Shown: positions 28,449 through 39,750 of the stretch, piece after piece
Position numbering within the stretch: position 1 is the first letter of the stretch
Layout: every line of letters begins with the position of its first letter
Notes under the pieces: model-generated
Databases searched by the model: none
What the model saw: the letters and a program-made list of their open reading frames with translations, nothing else
Told to the model about the DNA's origin: nothing
NCBI GenBank assembly: GCA_951406725.2
Contig: OX597829.1
Location: 7,688,001 to 7,752,000 of the forward strand
Direction of reading: 5' to 3'
From: Octopus vulgaris
Taxonomy: Eukaryota
Length of the DNA stretch: 64,000 bases
Program-made: the position numbers and the translations under genes

Positions 28449-28885
28449 ATGTCATGTTTTGTATTAAAAAATAACCAACTGATGTTGGTCAATTTGTTTG
28501 TTGATCAAAAGCTTTCTCCATTTTCTGATTATCTAAATTTGATTCCTGCTAAACTTGTGTTATTTCTGTTATTACCTGTACCTTATGAGGATAGCGTGCC
28601 TGCATACCCATGCCCAGGGATAGCACAGGTAATTGATACTGATAATAAGAATGGATACTATTATCCCTTAGACGGTTACTACAACCACTAACTCTGCTTA
28701 CCTTTATATATACATATATAATTACAAATATATATGTAGGGTAGCAAGAATATTTATTGAATAAGTTCTTAGTTACCAGTGGTCTAGCGAGAAGGGAAAA
28801 TATGATATATATATATATATATTATCATTTAATGTCTACTACAAGTTTTCCTTTCCTTATACTTTATCTATTATATAAAATCCGT

Positions 28886-29190
28886 GGAGGCGCAATGGCC
28901 CAGTGGTTAGGGCAGCGGACTCGCGGTCGTAGGATCGCGGTTTCGATTCCCAGACCGGGCGTTGTGAGTGTTTATTGAGCGAAAACACCTAAAGCTCCAC
29001 GAGGCTCCGGCAGGGGATGGTGGTGATCCCTGCTGTACTCTTTCACCACAACTTTCTCTCACTCTTACTTCCTGTTTCTGTTGTACCTGTATTTCAAAGG
29101 GCCGGCCTTGTCACTCTCTGTGTCACGCTGAATATCTCCGAGAACTACGTTAAGGGTACACGTGTCTGTGGAGTGCTCAGCCACTTACAC
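28886..29190 (+). mobile_element. tRNA-derived SINE, family A
   Basis: A box TGGCCCAGTGG and B box GTTTCGATTCC. Head shared with the 597 copy; CpG-rich, so probably young. Confidence 0.85.
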
Positions 29191-30180
29191 ATTTTGCTCG
29201 TATATATATTGATAACCAATTCAAATAAATGAAAAGAAAACAAAAAAAAGAAAAAAAAAACATGAGGATGTGTACAAGAAATGCATTAGCTTGACACCCG
29301 ATGAAAGGAGAAAGTTTGACATTTCAAGCATAGCTCTTCATGGTGAAAGGAGATGGGGAAAAGTCCAAAGAAAAGAAAGAAATTACCAACGGTGCATATG
29401 TAGCTACCTTGCTAAAGTACTATGTATGTGTGTGTGTATGTATGTATGTATGTATGTATGTATGTATATATAAATAAATATATATATAAAAATCAAAATG
29501 AGCACCTTACTTTGAGCTGTGTGGATAATACATGACTGACTTGGTGCTTCAACTTAAGTACCTAATCCAACTGATCTCAATTATTTCTTTTATATATATA
29601 TATATATATCATCCTCCTAGTAAGAGATATAGCAGGGAGTAGCCATTGCAAAAAGTAATAAGAGAGAATAAGACAAGAAAGAAATTATTTTAGTGAACCC
29701 TATGAAATACGTACATATATGTAGTCAAGAAACAAGGGAAGGGATTATTTTAGAGGGAGAGATTACAATTTGGAAGTTATTTGATGAATTAATATAAATG
29801 TTTGCAGTTTACAAAAGGAAGCACAGACACAAAAGAGTCATTTTAGGAGCAGAACAAACAAGAAAGAATTATTTTAGAGAATAAAAAAGCACCATCCAAA
29901 AACATGGCCGATGCCAGTAACCCCTGACTGGCTCCCATACCGATGGCACATAAAAAGCACTATCCGAACGTGATCGATGCCAGGCCCGCCTTACTGGCTC
30001 CTGTGCCAGTGGAACATAAAAAGCACCCACTACACTCTTGGAGTGGTTGGCATTAGGAAGGGCATCCAGCTGTAGAAACATTGCCAGATCAGATTGGAGA
30101 GCCGCTGGCACTCTAGAACTCAGTCAAACCGTCCAATCCATGCCAGCATAGAACAAGGATGTTAAATGGTGATGATGATG

Positions 30181-31110
30181 ATCATCAGCCTCATTTAACA
30201 TCTATTTTCCATGCTGGCATGGGTTGGATGGCTTGAAAGGAACTGGTAATTTCAGGGTCTGCACCAGGTGCCATTCATCTGTTTTGGTTTGGTTTCTATG
30301 GCTGGATGTCCTTCCTAATGCCAACCACTGCTTTTTAAGTGGCACCAGCACTAGTACTTTTTAAGTGACACTTTGGTTTTAGGATCTCAGTTCTGCTGTG
30401 ATGGGCAAACCTTCTCAAGTACAGTAATCTGCCAAATACCTTGGTCCTTTGTAATCTCCTTCATAAGGTTCAGCATTTTGAGATCAACCTTCAAAACTTT
30501 GTCCCATGTCTCCTTGCATCTCCATCTTCCACAACTTCCTTCCACTTTAAGTGATTGACACTTCTTTATGCAGCTGTCCTCATCCATCTGCATCACATGA
30601 CCAAATCAATGCAGTCTCCTCTCTTGCACACTGCATCTAATTCCCCTTATGCCAAACTTCTCTCTCAATGCACCAATACTCTGTTACACATGGACACTGA
30701 CATTCCACATCCAGCAAAACATACCTCTCCAGTCTTAACATGTCCTCTGCATTCAGAGCCTACATCTCACTCATAGTTCTTACATGAGCATCATACAATC
30801 TTTCCTTCACTCAAGGTGAGAAACTCTTGGTTGCCAACAGACATAAAAGCTCTCTCAGCTTTCTCCATCCTGAACTTATTTTAGAAATTACACTTCTGTA
30901 CAACTTCCTTCACTGCTAATTAGGCCACCTAGATAGCAAAAATTATCTACAACATCCAGAGACCCACCAGGACATTTAAGGAAATTGATTTCTCTTGTAT
31001 CTGTGGTTTTTATGGCTCCTGTACATCTTCTACACACAAATACTACTTCTCTGTTAATCTTCCATCTATTCCACTGCATCTTTTGTGTGTCCTTGGCTTG
31101 CACTAGGTAC
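30181..31110 (-). mobile_element. Decayed RTE-clade LINE 3' fragment with family C tail
   Basis: SLDVVDNFCYLGGLISSEGSC and KVEGSCGRWRCKETWDKVLKVDL remnants. It abuts a plus-strand family C copy tail-to-tail at ~30180. Confidence 0.8.
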
Positions 31111-31652
31111 ATAGAATGGCATGTCTGCTTTCATTTATATTTGACGAGAGGTTTTTTTTTGTAACACTCTATAATTAACAGCAACATTTTGAAGTACTAA
31201 CGATTCTGAGGAGTTACACGCTTAGCTTTGTATAAATAGAAATGTCATATTAATAATATTCCATTTTTTTTTCTTTTACAAATTGAATATATAGCTGATG
31301 TGAATAACAGCTTTCCTACTGAGTAACAATGATGTCAAGAAAAAAAAAAGAACTAGAGAACAATATACCTGAATATTGCAAAAATATGTAGGAAAATGTT
31401 CCTTGTGGCATTGAAGGTGATAGGTGGTATCCAACATCCATTACTCATTGGCACATATTGGGACATTAACCATTACCATTAAGACTGTACATATCATTAC
31501 TTCAGTCTAACAGAAACAACTGAAGATAAGAGGATTATAACAATGCTAATATTACGGCATCAACAGAAATCATTCTTCATTGAATTGAGTATTACAGGAG
31601 CAAAGATGAAAGATTAGCATAGTTAATAATGTCACACACAATTCCTTGCAGC

Positions 31653-31687
<35 letters not shown>

Positions 31688-32275
31688 TATATATATTAAT
31701 ATATGTATGTATGTATTCTTTGCAGTAGTATACAGATTTTATATATTAAAAAAAAAAAAAAGATAGCCAGGATTTGGATTAAAACTATTTATTTACTGCT
31801 TTCATCCTTTCAGGGATTTTAGCCAAACAGAATAGGTCAAATCTCTTCTTAGTGTCTCTCCATGTGGTAGCTTTTTTTTGCTTATCTTATTGCAACATGG
31901 GAGGTATGTAAGGGAGATAATTCATCTTCAACGTATCGTGAAGGAATATAACAGAATCCTATTTTTGTGTACACAAATTGTAAATGTCTCAGCTCATCTA
32001 TTTAAATGTTCTCTTCTCTTATTAATACGTGTGTCTTTTTTCTATAGCATTAATATATTGTCAATTTCCTCTCTGTTATTAATATACTATTGCTTTGCAC
32101 ATCATATTGCCATTTGCATATGGTATAACTTTTTTGACAATAATGTTTTATGGCTGTATGCTTAAGTGTTCAATTTTTTGGTATATATATATATATATAT
32201 ATGTAGGTCCCGGGTTGAGTCGGGGTTAACCACAGTAAATAAGGTACTCAATACATAGCAGAGTAAATTAATTTA

Positions 32276-32410
32276 TTTTATAGAAGGAGCTTCTACAGGA
32301 CTAGAACTGTTTCATTCAAAAGAAATCATCAGGAAGCTAGGTGACCTAGCTTCCTGATGATTTCTTTTGAATGAAACAGTTCTAGTCCTGTAGAAGCTCC
32401 TTCTATAAAA
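32276..32410. repeat. Perfect palindrome (67-bp arms, 1-nt spacer at 32343) of a Penelope-like terminal repeat
   Basis: Arm-by-arm complementarity read directly. The minus arm continues through AATAAA to ~32201, ending in a (TA)n tract. Confidence 0.95.
32348..32398 (+). ncRNA. Type I hammerhead ribozyme with intact core; identical mirror copy on minus at 32288-32338
   Basis: agcttc-CTGATGA-t-ttc tttt gaa-t-GAAA-cag ttctagtc ctg-TA-gaagct. Stem I agcttc/gaagct, stem III acag/ctgt, GUA cleavage triplet. Confidence 0.8.
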
Positions 32411-32468
32411 AATATATATATATATATACACACATACAAAGAGGTTTGTATGATTGTGTATAAAAAAA

Positions 32469-32935
32469 TATATTACTCAAAGGAATTCCAACTCTGTCTG
32501 TTTTTTATGGTTTTTTTTAATATTCTTATGATATTAATGTAGAATATATAGTAAGAAGCAAATGAAATGACGTATTGATTGTCTTATTGAACAAATGAAA
32601 TATTGAAAATTAAATATTAAATATCTATTCTCATTGAACTAGTATACTCTCTTGCCTTTAAGCATTCATCGGGTTCAGATTGTGACAGGTATGTGAAAGA
32701 CAGTCTTTCACATACCTGTCACAATCTGAACCCGATGAATGCTTAAAGGCAAGAGAGTATACTAGTTCAATGAGAATAGATATTTAATATTTAATTTTCA
32801 ATATTTCATTTGTTCAATAAGACAATCAATACGTCATTTCATTTGCTTCTTACTATATATTCTACATTAATATCATAAGAATATAAAAAAAAACCCATAA
32901 AAAACAGACAGAGTTGGAATTCCTTTGAGTAATAT

Positions 32936-32936
<1 letters not shown>
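32469..32936. repeat. Near-perfect palindrome (~233-bp arms, 1-nt spacer at 32702) carrying a decayed hammerhead in each arm
   Basis: Direct complementarity, with differences only around the poly-T/poly-A run. tgaac-CCGATGA-a-tgc..gca-a-GAGA-gtatac-TA-gttca at ~32726-32769. Confidence 0.95.
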
Positions 32937-32976
<40 letters not shown>

Positions 32977-33143
32977 GATATATAAATAATAGAAGTCACA
33001 AAAGTGACGAAGGGTGCTGACTAGCACCGCTTATGCTAAGATAAGAGTTAAATTTACTCCAAAGTCACTAAAGCGCTATACTTAATGACTGACAAAGGGA
33101 GGTAAGTCTCTAGCATATATAGCCTCATCAGCAGCACTTAACA

Positions 33144-33193
<50 letters not shown>

Positions 33194-33387
33194 ACACACA
33201 CACACATACAGCAATGTAATGTTCATTTTTGTCATTAAATTTCAAAGAAGGAATTTATGTGTTTTATAGACTAGAACTGAAAAATATTTTCAGCTAAAAC
33301 TATGAATGTTTTCTCAATACCATCTGCTGATTTTACAGTGGTTTTATGCTTGTGTCACTTCAGTAGGAAATTGCTGTTGGGTGAGCA

Positions 33388-33408
33388 TATTCCTAAGGTA
33401 TTTTTTGG

Positions 33409-33464
<56 letters not shown>

Positions 33465-33695
33465 TCACTGCCTCGAATCAAACTCAGAATCTTGGGGTTA
33501 GTAGTCCATGCTCTCAACCACTACATCATATGCCCGTGGGCATAATAATAAAAACAATATTGAAAAGTACCTTAGGAATGAGAACCCATGTTCAAAATTT
33601 CTGCAAGACACCTGATGAAGGCTGGAGGGTATATCAGCCGAAATATTGTGTTAACAACAAACAAGATGAGGACAAATATCAGTCAAATGTAAATA
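33388..33695. mobile_element. Second locus of the 13778-14652 Penelope-like family, again inverted (tRNA-like part on minus, hammerhead part on plus)
   Basis: 33388-33541 matches 13888-14002, and 33542-33695 matches ~14495-14652. Hammerhead core CTGATGA at 33612-33618, GAAA at 33640-33643. Confidence 0.85.
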
Positions 33696-34558
33696 ATATA
33701 TAATATAAATAATGTATACTGATGAGTCTAGATAAACTATATGATAAAGAACTGTTTGAGGGGGGAAAAGATGCCTTGTGAAATACATGGATTGGAGAGT
33801 GTACTTCCCCATTAAAAGAACTCTTTGAGAGTCCATGAACAAGAGATATTGATTCAGAATCAGTAAAAAAACAATTGTAAACTCATGAATGTTCAACATG
33901 AGTGGAAAAGTAAAGTTTTAAAAACACTCTGGTGACTTTCAAAATCCCTTACATGAAGTCAGGAGACTGTCTTCATGTAAGGGATTTTGAAAATGCACTA
34001 ATATGGCTTTATTAAAACACAAACACACACAAGGAGAGACAATACATGGCAAAGCAAACAAATACGATGTGCGCACGCAAACTTGTTTATATAGAGAGAG
34101 GAGACTCAGCAATTCAAAACAAAGGTTACTTATCAGATGGCTAACTTTACATGTAAGCCTTTCTCTCTTGTTATATCAAAGAAAAATAAGAAGACCCAAA
34201 TTTAAACAGGACAATCAAAGAAGCAACAAGTTTAGTAGTCCTTCTAAAGCTGGATGATAGACCAGAATGCCTGGAACATTGCTTGGTCCACTTCATATTA
34301 AAGGATCATGAGTGTTTGCAGCAGACCCTAAATAAAATTTTACTAATACAATTTGGGGAGAAGGGACCTAATTGTAACGACTTTGGAACTATTTCACTAA
34401 ACAGAAAAATGTCTTCGTGACAAGCAGTACACCAAGTAAGGACAACACAGGTTCACCTGGTTCACTCAGTGAGTTGCAATTCTGACTTTTGTAACACAAG
34501 CTTCAGCCTCACGAAAGATAAGAAGAGTAGAAAATATGAAAATATTTACAATACTTAC

Positions 34559-34606
34559 TGGTTAGGACACACAAAAGGAACAGATATTCTGTGTAGGAGA
34601 TTATAC
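34559..34606 (-). CDS. MICU3: MICU3-like (calcium uptake protein, mitochondrial) internal exon, 48 bp
   Basis: Minus strand ttgttttcag|GT ATA ATC TCC TAC ACA GAA TAT CTG TTC CTT TTG TGT GTC CTA ACC A|gtaagt = (G)IISYTEYLFLLCVLT(K). This matches the MICU2/3 motif G(V/I)ISYTEYLFLLC(I/V)LTKP. Splice sites are canonical and the phase joins the 17802-17884 exon. Confidence 0.9.
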
Positions 34607-35164
34607 CTGAAAACAATGAAATAGAACCAGACTATAAATGAGAAAAATAAAGAAGTGATTATATACATACATAAAAATACAGGGTATATACATGAGTGTG
34701 CATGTGAGTGTTACTTTGGTAATATACTTTAAGAAGCATGATAAGCAGACATTAAATGATGATGGTGAAGAAGCTTTGTATGAATAGGTATATGGATTCA
34801 TTTTTAGAAAACTTTCAAAGCATTTTCAAATTGATATGCTATTGATTTTTCAGTCAACAAATACTACACAAGTTTGCACAGAATTAAACATATTTGAAAT
34901 TAAAAAGATATATTCAAGGTATGCATGACAACTCAGCAATGTTGGTAGCAAATTTGAGAGATTTATAAATTGGGAAACTAGTTTTATTTCATTGGTATTT
35001 CAACCGACAAGAAATCCTTTTCTTGCAGAAATATTAAATGTAAATAATTCTGAAAATGAACTGATATGGCTTTCTTAAAATTAATACAAAAAGAGAAACA
35101 TTAAATGACAAACTAAACAGACAAAGCAAATACAATGTATACGCATGCGTTTTTGCTTTATATG

Positions 35165-35216
<52 letters not shown>

Positions 35217-35332
35217 CATATAAAGCAAATACGCATATATATATATATATATATATACACATACACACACACACTTATGAATATACATGCATATATACAC
35301 ATGTATATATACACATGTATACACAATATGTA

Positions 35333-35380
<48 letters not shown>

Positions 35381-35570
35381 AATGGATGAATGAATTATTC
35401 TTTGTTTACCTTTAACATATAAAATTCAATAAACAGTTACCAGGGTAGCAAAATTCACGCAAGTAACAAGGATGTAGCTACCTATTCAAAGGTAGAAACT
35501 CTGGGTTAATATGCAGTAATTTGTGTAGTATAAGTAAATAAATGGAGTTGAACACAGGTGTTATTCAAAT

Positions 35571-35669
35571 TCTTTTACTTTCGACATATGTTTCGAAGAC
35601 AACATTGGTTTTATTCCAAAGGCATAAACGGTGTAAAATAATGTATCTTCTCATCAGGAATGAAAGAGA
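35571..35669 (-). ncRNA. Type I hammerhead ribozyme with intact core and a 56-nt stem II
   Basis: Minus: ..tttcattc-CTGATGA-gaagatacatt...aatgttgtcttc-GAAA-catatg-TC-gaaagt. GUC triplet, palindromic CATATG stem III, imperfect stem I. Confidence 0.7.
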
Positions 35670-36321
35670 ACCCATCTCAACGACAAAACATTATAACAAT
35701 TATGATGACTGCATAAATGATAAACAGAACTCCATTAAGTATTTTTAAAATACCCGTTAATAGAGACGGCATCTCCTGAAAATTATATTCTATGGTTTCT
35801 ATCTTCCGTCTTTCATTTACCATATAAATATATACATACATGTTTCTGAATTTGTGTTACAAGATTCCTGATGTGAAGTCATGTGTTGAAAACAGATATT
35901 GTTGTATTTCGGGATGGTAATTTTTTCTGATTTTTTTCCCGCCAAATAAACACATGCACTATAAATTCATTCTTCACTCATTTATTACTGTTCTTATTTT
36001 ATCTTATATGTCCATTGTCCTGAAATCTTTCAGCACACCTGTGTGACCTCTTTAGCAACCCTTTCTATCCATGTGTATCCTCCTACCTTACTTAATCCAT
36101 TCTGACAATGGACATAAGATAAAATAAAAACAGTAATAAACAAGTGAAGAATAAAATATATATATATATATATATATATGCCAGAGCACTACCTTTCACT
36201 GTTTTGGGATTTCTTTTCTGTAGCTTTTGATGAAGAAGCGAGTTGGACAAAACTGCTCTTCTCTGTATCTCCTGTTGTGGTGTGGGCTCATCTGGCATTG
36301 CAAATAGAAATTTGTCCAGAT

Positions 36322-36745
36322 AGGCGTAGGAGTGGCTGTGTGGTAAGTAGCTTGCTTACCAACCACATGATCCCAGGTTCAGTCCCATTGCATGGCACCT
36401 TGGGCAAGTGTCTTCTACTATAGCTTCGAGCCGACCAAAGCCTTGTGAATGTATTTGGTAGACGGAAACTGAAAAGAAGCCAGTCATATGTATACATATA
36501 TATATGTATATATATGTGTGTGTGCATGTGAGTGTGTGTATTTGTGTCTGTGTTTGTTCTCCCAACATTGCTTGACAACCAATGCTTGTGTGTGTACATC
36601 CCCATAACTTAGCGGTTCAGCAAAACTGACCGATAGAATAAGTACTAGGCTTACAAAGAATAAGTCCTGGGGTCAATTTGCTTGACTAAAAGAAGTGCTC
36701 CAACATGGCCACAGTCAAAAGACTGAAACAAGTAAGAGTAAAGAA
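36322..36745 (+). mobile_element. tRNA-derived SINE family D (octopus OR-like). Other copies at 62744-63125 (+), 48681-49077 (-), 50412-50798 (-), 54320-54610 (-), 53955-54160 (+, partial) and 63290-63585 (-, decayed)
   Basis: ggagtggctgtgtggtaag...ggttcagtccc head, conserved body with an internal microsatellite, and a gactgaaacaagtaa tail. Confidence 0.85.
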
Positions 36746-36849
36746 TATACTTTTTGAAGGTTTTCACATCTACACCTCACAGATATCTGAGATTTCTTGG
36801 CAGTTGTGCTGCCATGAAACCCAAGCTGTTGCTATACTGGGTCTTTATC

Positions 36850-37770
36850 TGAGATGAAGAAGACAATAACTTTGGTATTATGCAGTACCGTCCACTTCAG
36901 TGGTTAGTATAGTTTTTAATTCCAACATTGGAAGCTAGACCTTCCAGGCTGCTTCATATGCCTATCACTGCCTTCCAAGATATTTCAGATGTATATCACA
37001 TATGTATATCTTTCTTGCCTTCTCTCCAGGGAATAGAGCTTCAGTTCTTGTAGCCTCTCCAGTAGCTCATCTGTTTCACTGAGTCAATCTTCTTTGTGTA
37101 GTGGCACTGGATTGCCACCAGTTTGACACATTGTGGCATCCACATTTGGGAGCAGTAATCCATACAACTGAAGACAAATGTCCTCCACTGGAATAGCAAG
37201 GTATCATTATTTCTAATTCTGAATGATTTAAAGATCTATCCAGAGACTCGCCTGCACAGTGTTACCATCGTGGTAATATGCACATGGAATGTTGCATCAT
37301 TACTGATTTGGATTCCCAGGTCACGCACTGATTCTAACTCAGGGATTGTCCTGCACCCGAGCCCTATGTATTCTGATTGTAGTTTGTTTGTGGGCCAACA
37401 GCGGAGTACTTGAAACTTATGAGCATTGAACTGCATGTTATTTTCCTCAGGCCATTTGTATATTGCATGTAAGTCGTTTTGCAGTTTTACTATGTCATCA
37501 GGGTCCTTGACTGCCAGAATTACTTTTGTATCATCAGCATAGCTGATGTGAGTGGCTAACTGTACGACTGAGGGCATGTCTGAGAGAGCCCTACAAACAG
37601 TAGTGGTCTCAGTACAGTTCCCTGAGGGACTCCACTGCAGTCTGATGTTGCCCCAGGGAGAGCAACATTGGCTGCAACTGTTTGACTTCTGTCCTTTAAA
37701 AAGTCATGTAAAACCAAGGTCAAGTAGTTTGCGACATATTATCCCATGTGATATATCTTGGCAAAGTTGA
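36850..37770 (-). mobile_element. Decayed CR1/L2-group LINE RT fragment
   Basis: GVPQGTVLRPLLF (~37600-37635), SYADDTK, LQNDLHAIYKW..NNMQFN..KFQVL and VRDLGI. Confidence 0.85.
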
Positions 37771-38464
37771 GATGTATCACATTCACATTGACATGTAAGG
37801 GAACAACAAGCAGGTGTATTAGTTTGATGCTGAGGAAGAGTGGAAAAGTTTTGAGCCTATGCTCTTCAACAGAAACGGATGAAAGGAAAAAGAACAGAAA
37901 GAGAAAACAATGTGTAGGGATAAACGGTTTATGTATGTCTGTGTAACATAACAGCTGCATCCTCATTACATGAGAAAAGCCATTGCCAAGAGGACTTACT
38001 GAAATGATAGATGCCATGTGATGCTCTTCTATGACTTTGAAGACACGCCAAGCTTTTACACATTTTATTACATACTAGACAACTGTGATGGCTGGTAGGA
38101 GAAACAGGCACCACCAATATGCACTCTCTTAACATGCCTTTTTAGACCTCCAACTACATGGCAAATGAAAGACCGAAGATGGAATATACGAGAATTTGTT
38201 GTTAATCACGACAACTGTTTCAACACATCTAGCATCGATGTGTGTATGTTGTGTATGTGTGTGTGTGTGTGTGTGTGTTTGTGTGTGTATGTCTATATAA
38301 TATATATTCTTTTATTTGTTTCAGTCATTTCACTGCAACTATGATAGTTAATAAATTGTATGGTATACACCTGGCAGTTTACTAGCAAAGCACATCCACT
38401 TTCTCAGTTCGTTGGGTATTTGATTAATAAGACAGGCGAAAGATACGAGAACATTTACTGATCA

Positions 38465-38570
38465 CTACAACCGTTTCGACTCATGTGGCATCAATCCCTT
38501 GTGGGAGTGGGGATATTGTACAACTGACTTAGGTGTATCTTTCGGTGTAGATCAGTCTCCTCAGTTCATG
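38465..38570 (-). ncRNA. Hammerhead-like motif with an 80-nt stem II insert; stem I not evident
   Basis: Minus: CTGAGGA-gact...agtc-GAAAC-ggtt-GTA. Confidence 0.4.
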
Positions 38571-39650
38571 TTCAAGAGGTATCGCATTAAAATAAACTCT
38601 GTTTCACACAACTCATAATTACACGCTCACTTTTTGGGCTTCAATGATAGAAATGGCAAATTGACGGATACTGTGTCATTTTCATAGAAGAACAATGGCA
38701 AAGAGCAGATGTGAAAAGAAATAAATATATCATAAAGCACAAAAAATTATTACATATAACTGTTAGTAGATATGGATATACAAATGCACTCACACATAGT
38801 CAGGCACATGTCTACACTCTCATACAAATGTACACACATGTACAAATGCATTAAACACGTGTAGTCTGGCGCACATACACACACTAACACACAATAGGTG
38901 CTATTAAAGTCAGTGCCGATTAATGGTCAGAGAGAGGCAATACCGCTTGGGTATGGCTTGCACATCTTTATGGCTCTTTTACACTCATAAGTACCAACAC
39001 AAGGACAGACATATACTCATATGTACTCACACATATTCACCAAGTCCCGCATATATATCTATATTTACGCACCGACACATTTACATACGTCTACAGGCGA
39101 ATCTTTGTGAGTTTATACACAAATACATACACTTGAACACATTTCTGTACATAGATTGCTCCACATCTATATAAATGTATAGACATATACACATATACAA
39201 TTGTGCGTGGGTACACAGCCATATAAGTACACATAGATAAATCAGACACACAGACATAAGAATATTATGTATCTGAAGACGTGTGGCAAATGATATTATA
39301 CAATATAATAATGAAACAACAAAATGAGCTAAGTCAACATCACATCAGCCGTTCCATGTCCATGGCAGCCTCTGATCATATATTCCATTGAGGCATATTG
39401 GTTGAATCTGCAGTCCATAACTGCATGTATGTACAGCCCATGATGGTGTGTAAAGTAGATGGGTAGTTTTTTTTTTCTTTTTTTGAGATGTCAGCTGTAT
39501 TTGGAAACATCTGCTATTGCTAAACTTAGTGCTTCGTGTAGATTATCATCATCCAGTCTGCTTCTGGGAAAGTGGTTTGATTTCTATTATGGTAATGATA
39601 TACAAAGCAAATATAGGAGAAATTACAATAAACACTAGTTTATAGCATTT

Positions 39651-39750
39651 GCTTCCTACATATGTTTCACTCGTGGTTGTTTGGAACCTGTGCAGTGGAG
39701 GTTCCAAATGCTACTGGATGCTTAACCACAACAGATCATCAGAACATTTT
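39651..39750 (-). ncRNA. Hammerhead-like motif with a 67-nt stem II insert; weak stem I
   Basis: Minus: CTGATGA-tct..gtggtt..ttggaacct/aggttccaa..aaccac..gt-GAAA-catatg-TA. Confidence 0.5.

Noticed and set aside
28886-28960. tRNA gene calls at SINE heads (also 597, 14427, 36322)
   Set aside because: A and B boxes are present but the acceptor stems are not convincing, and the sequence continues into repeat bodies; these are tRNA-derived modules.
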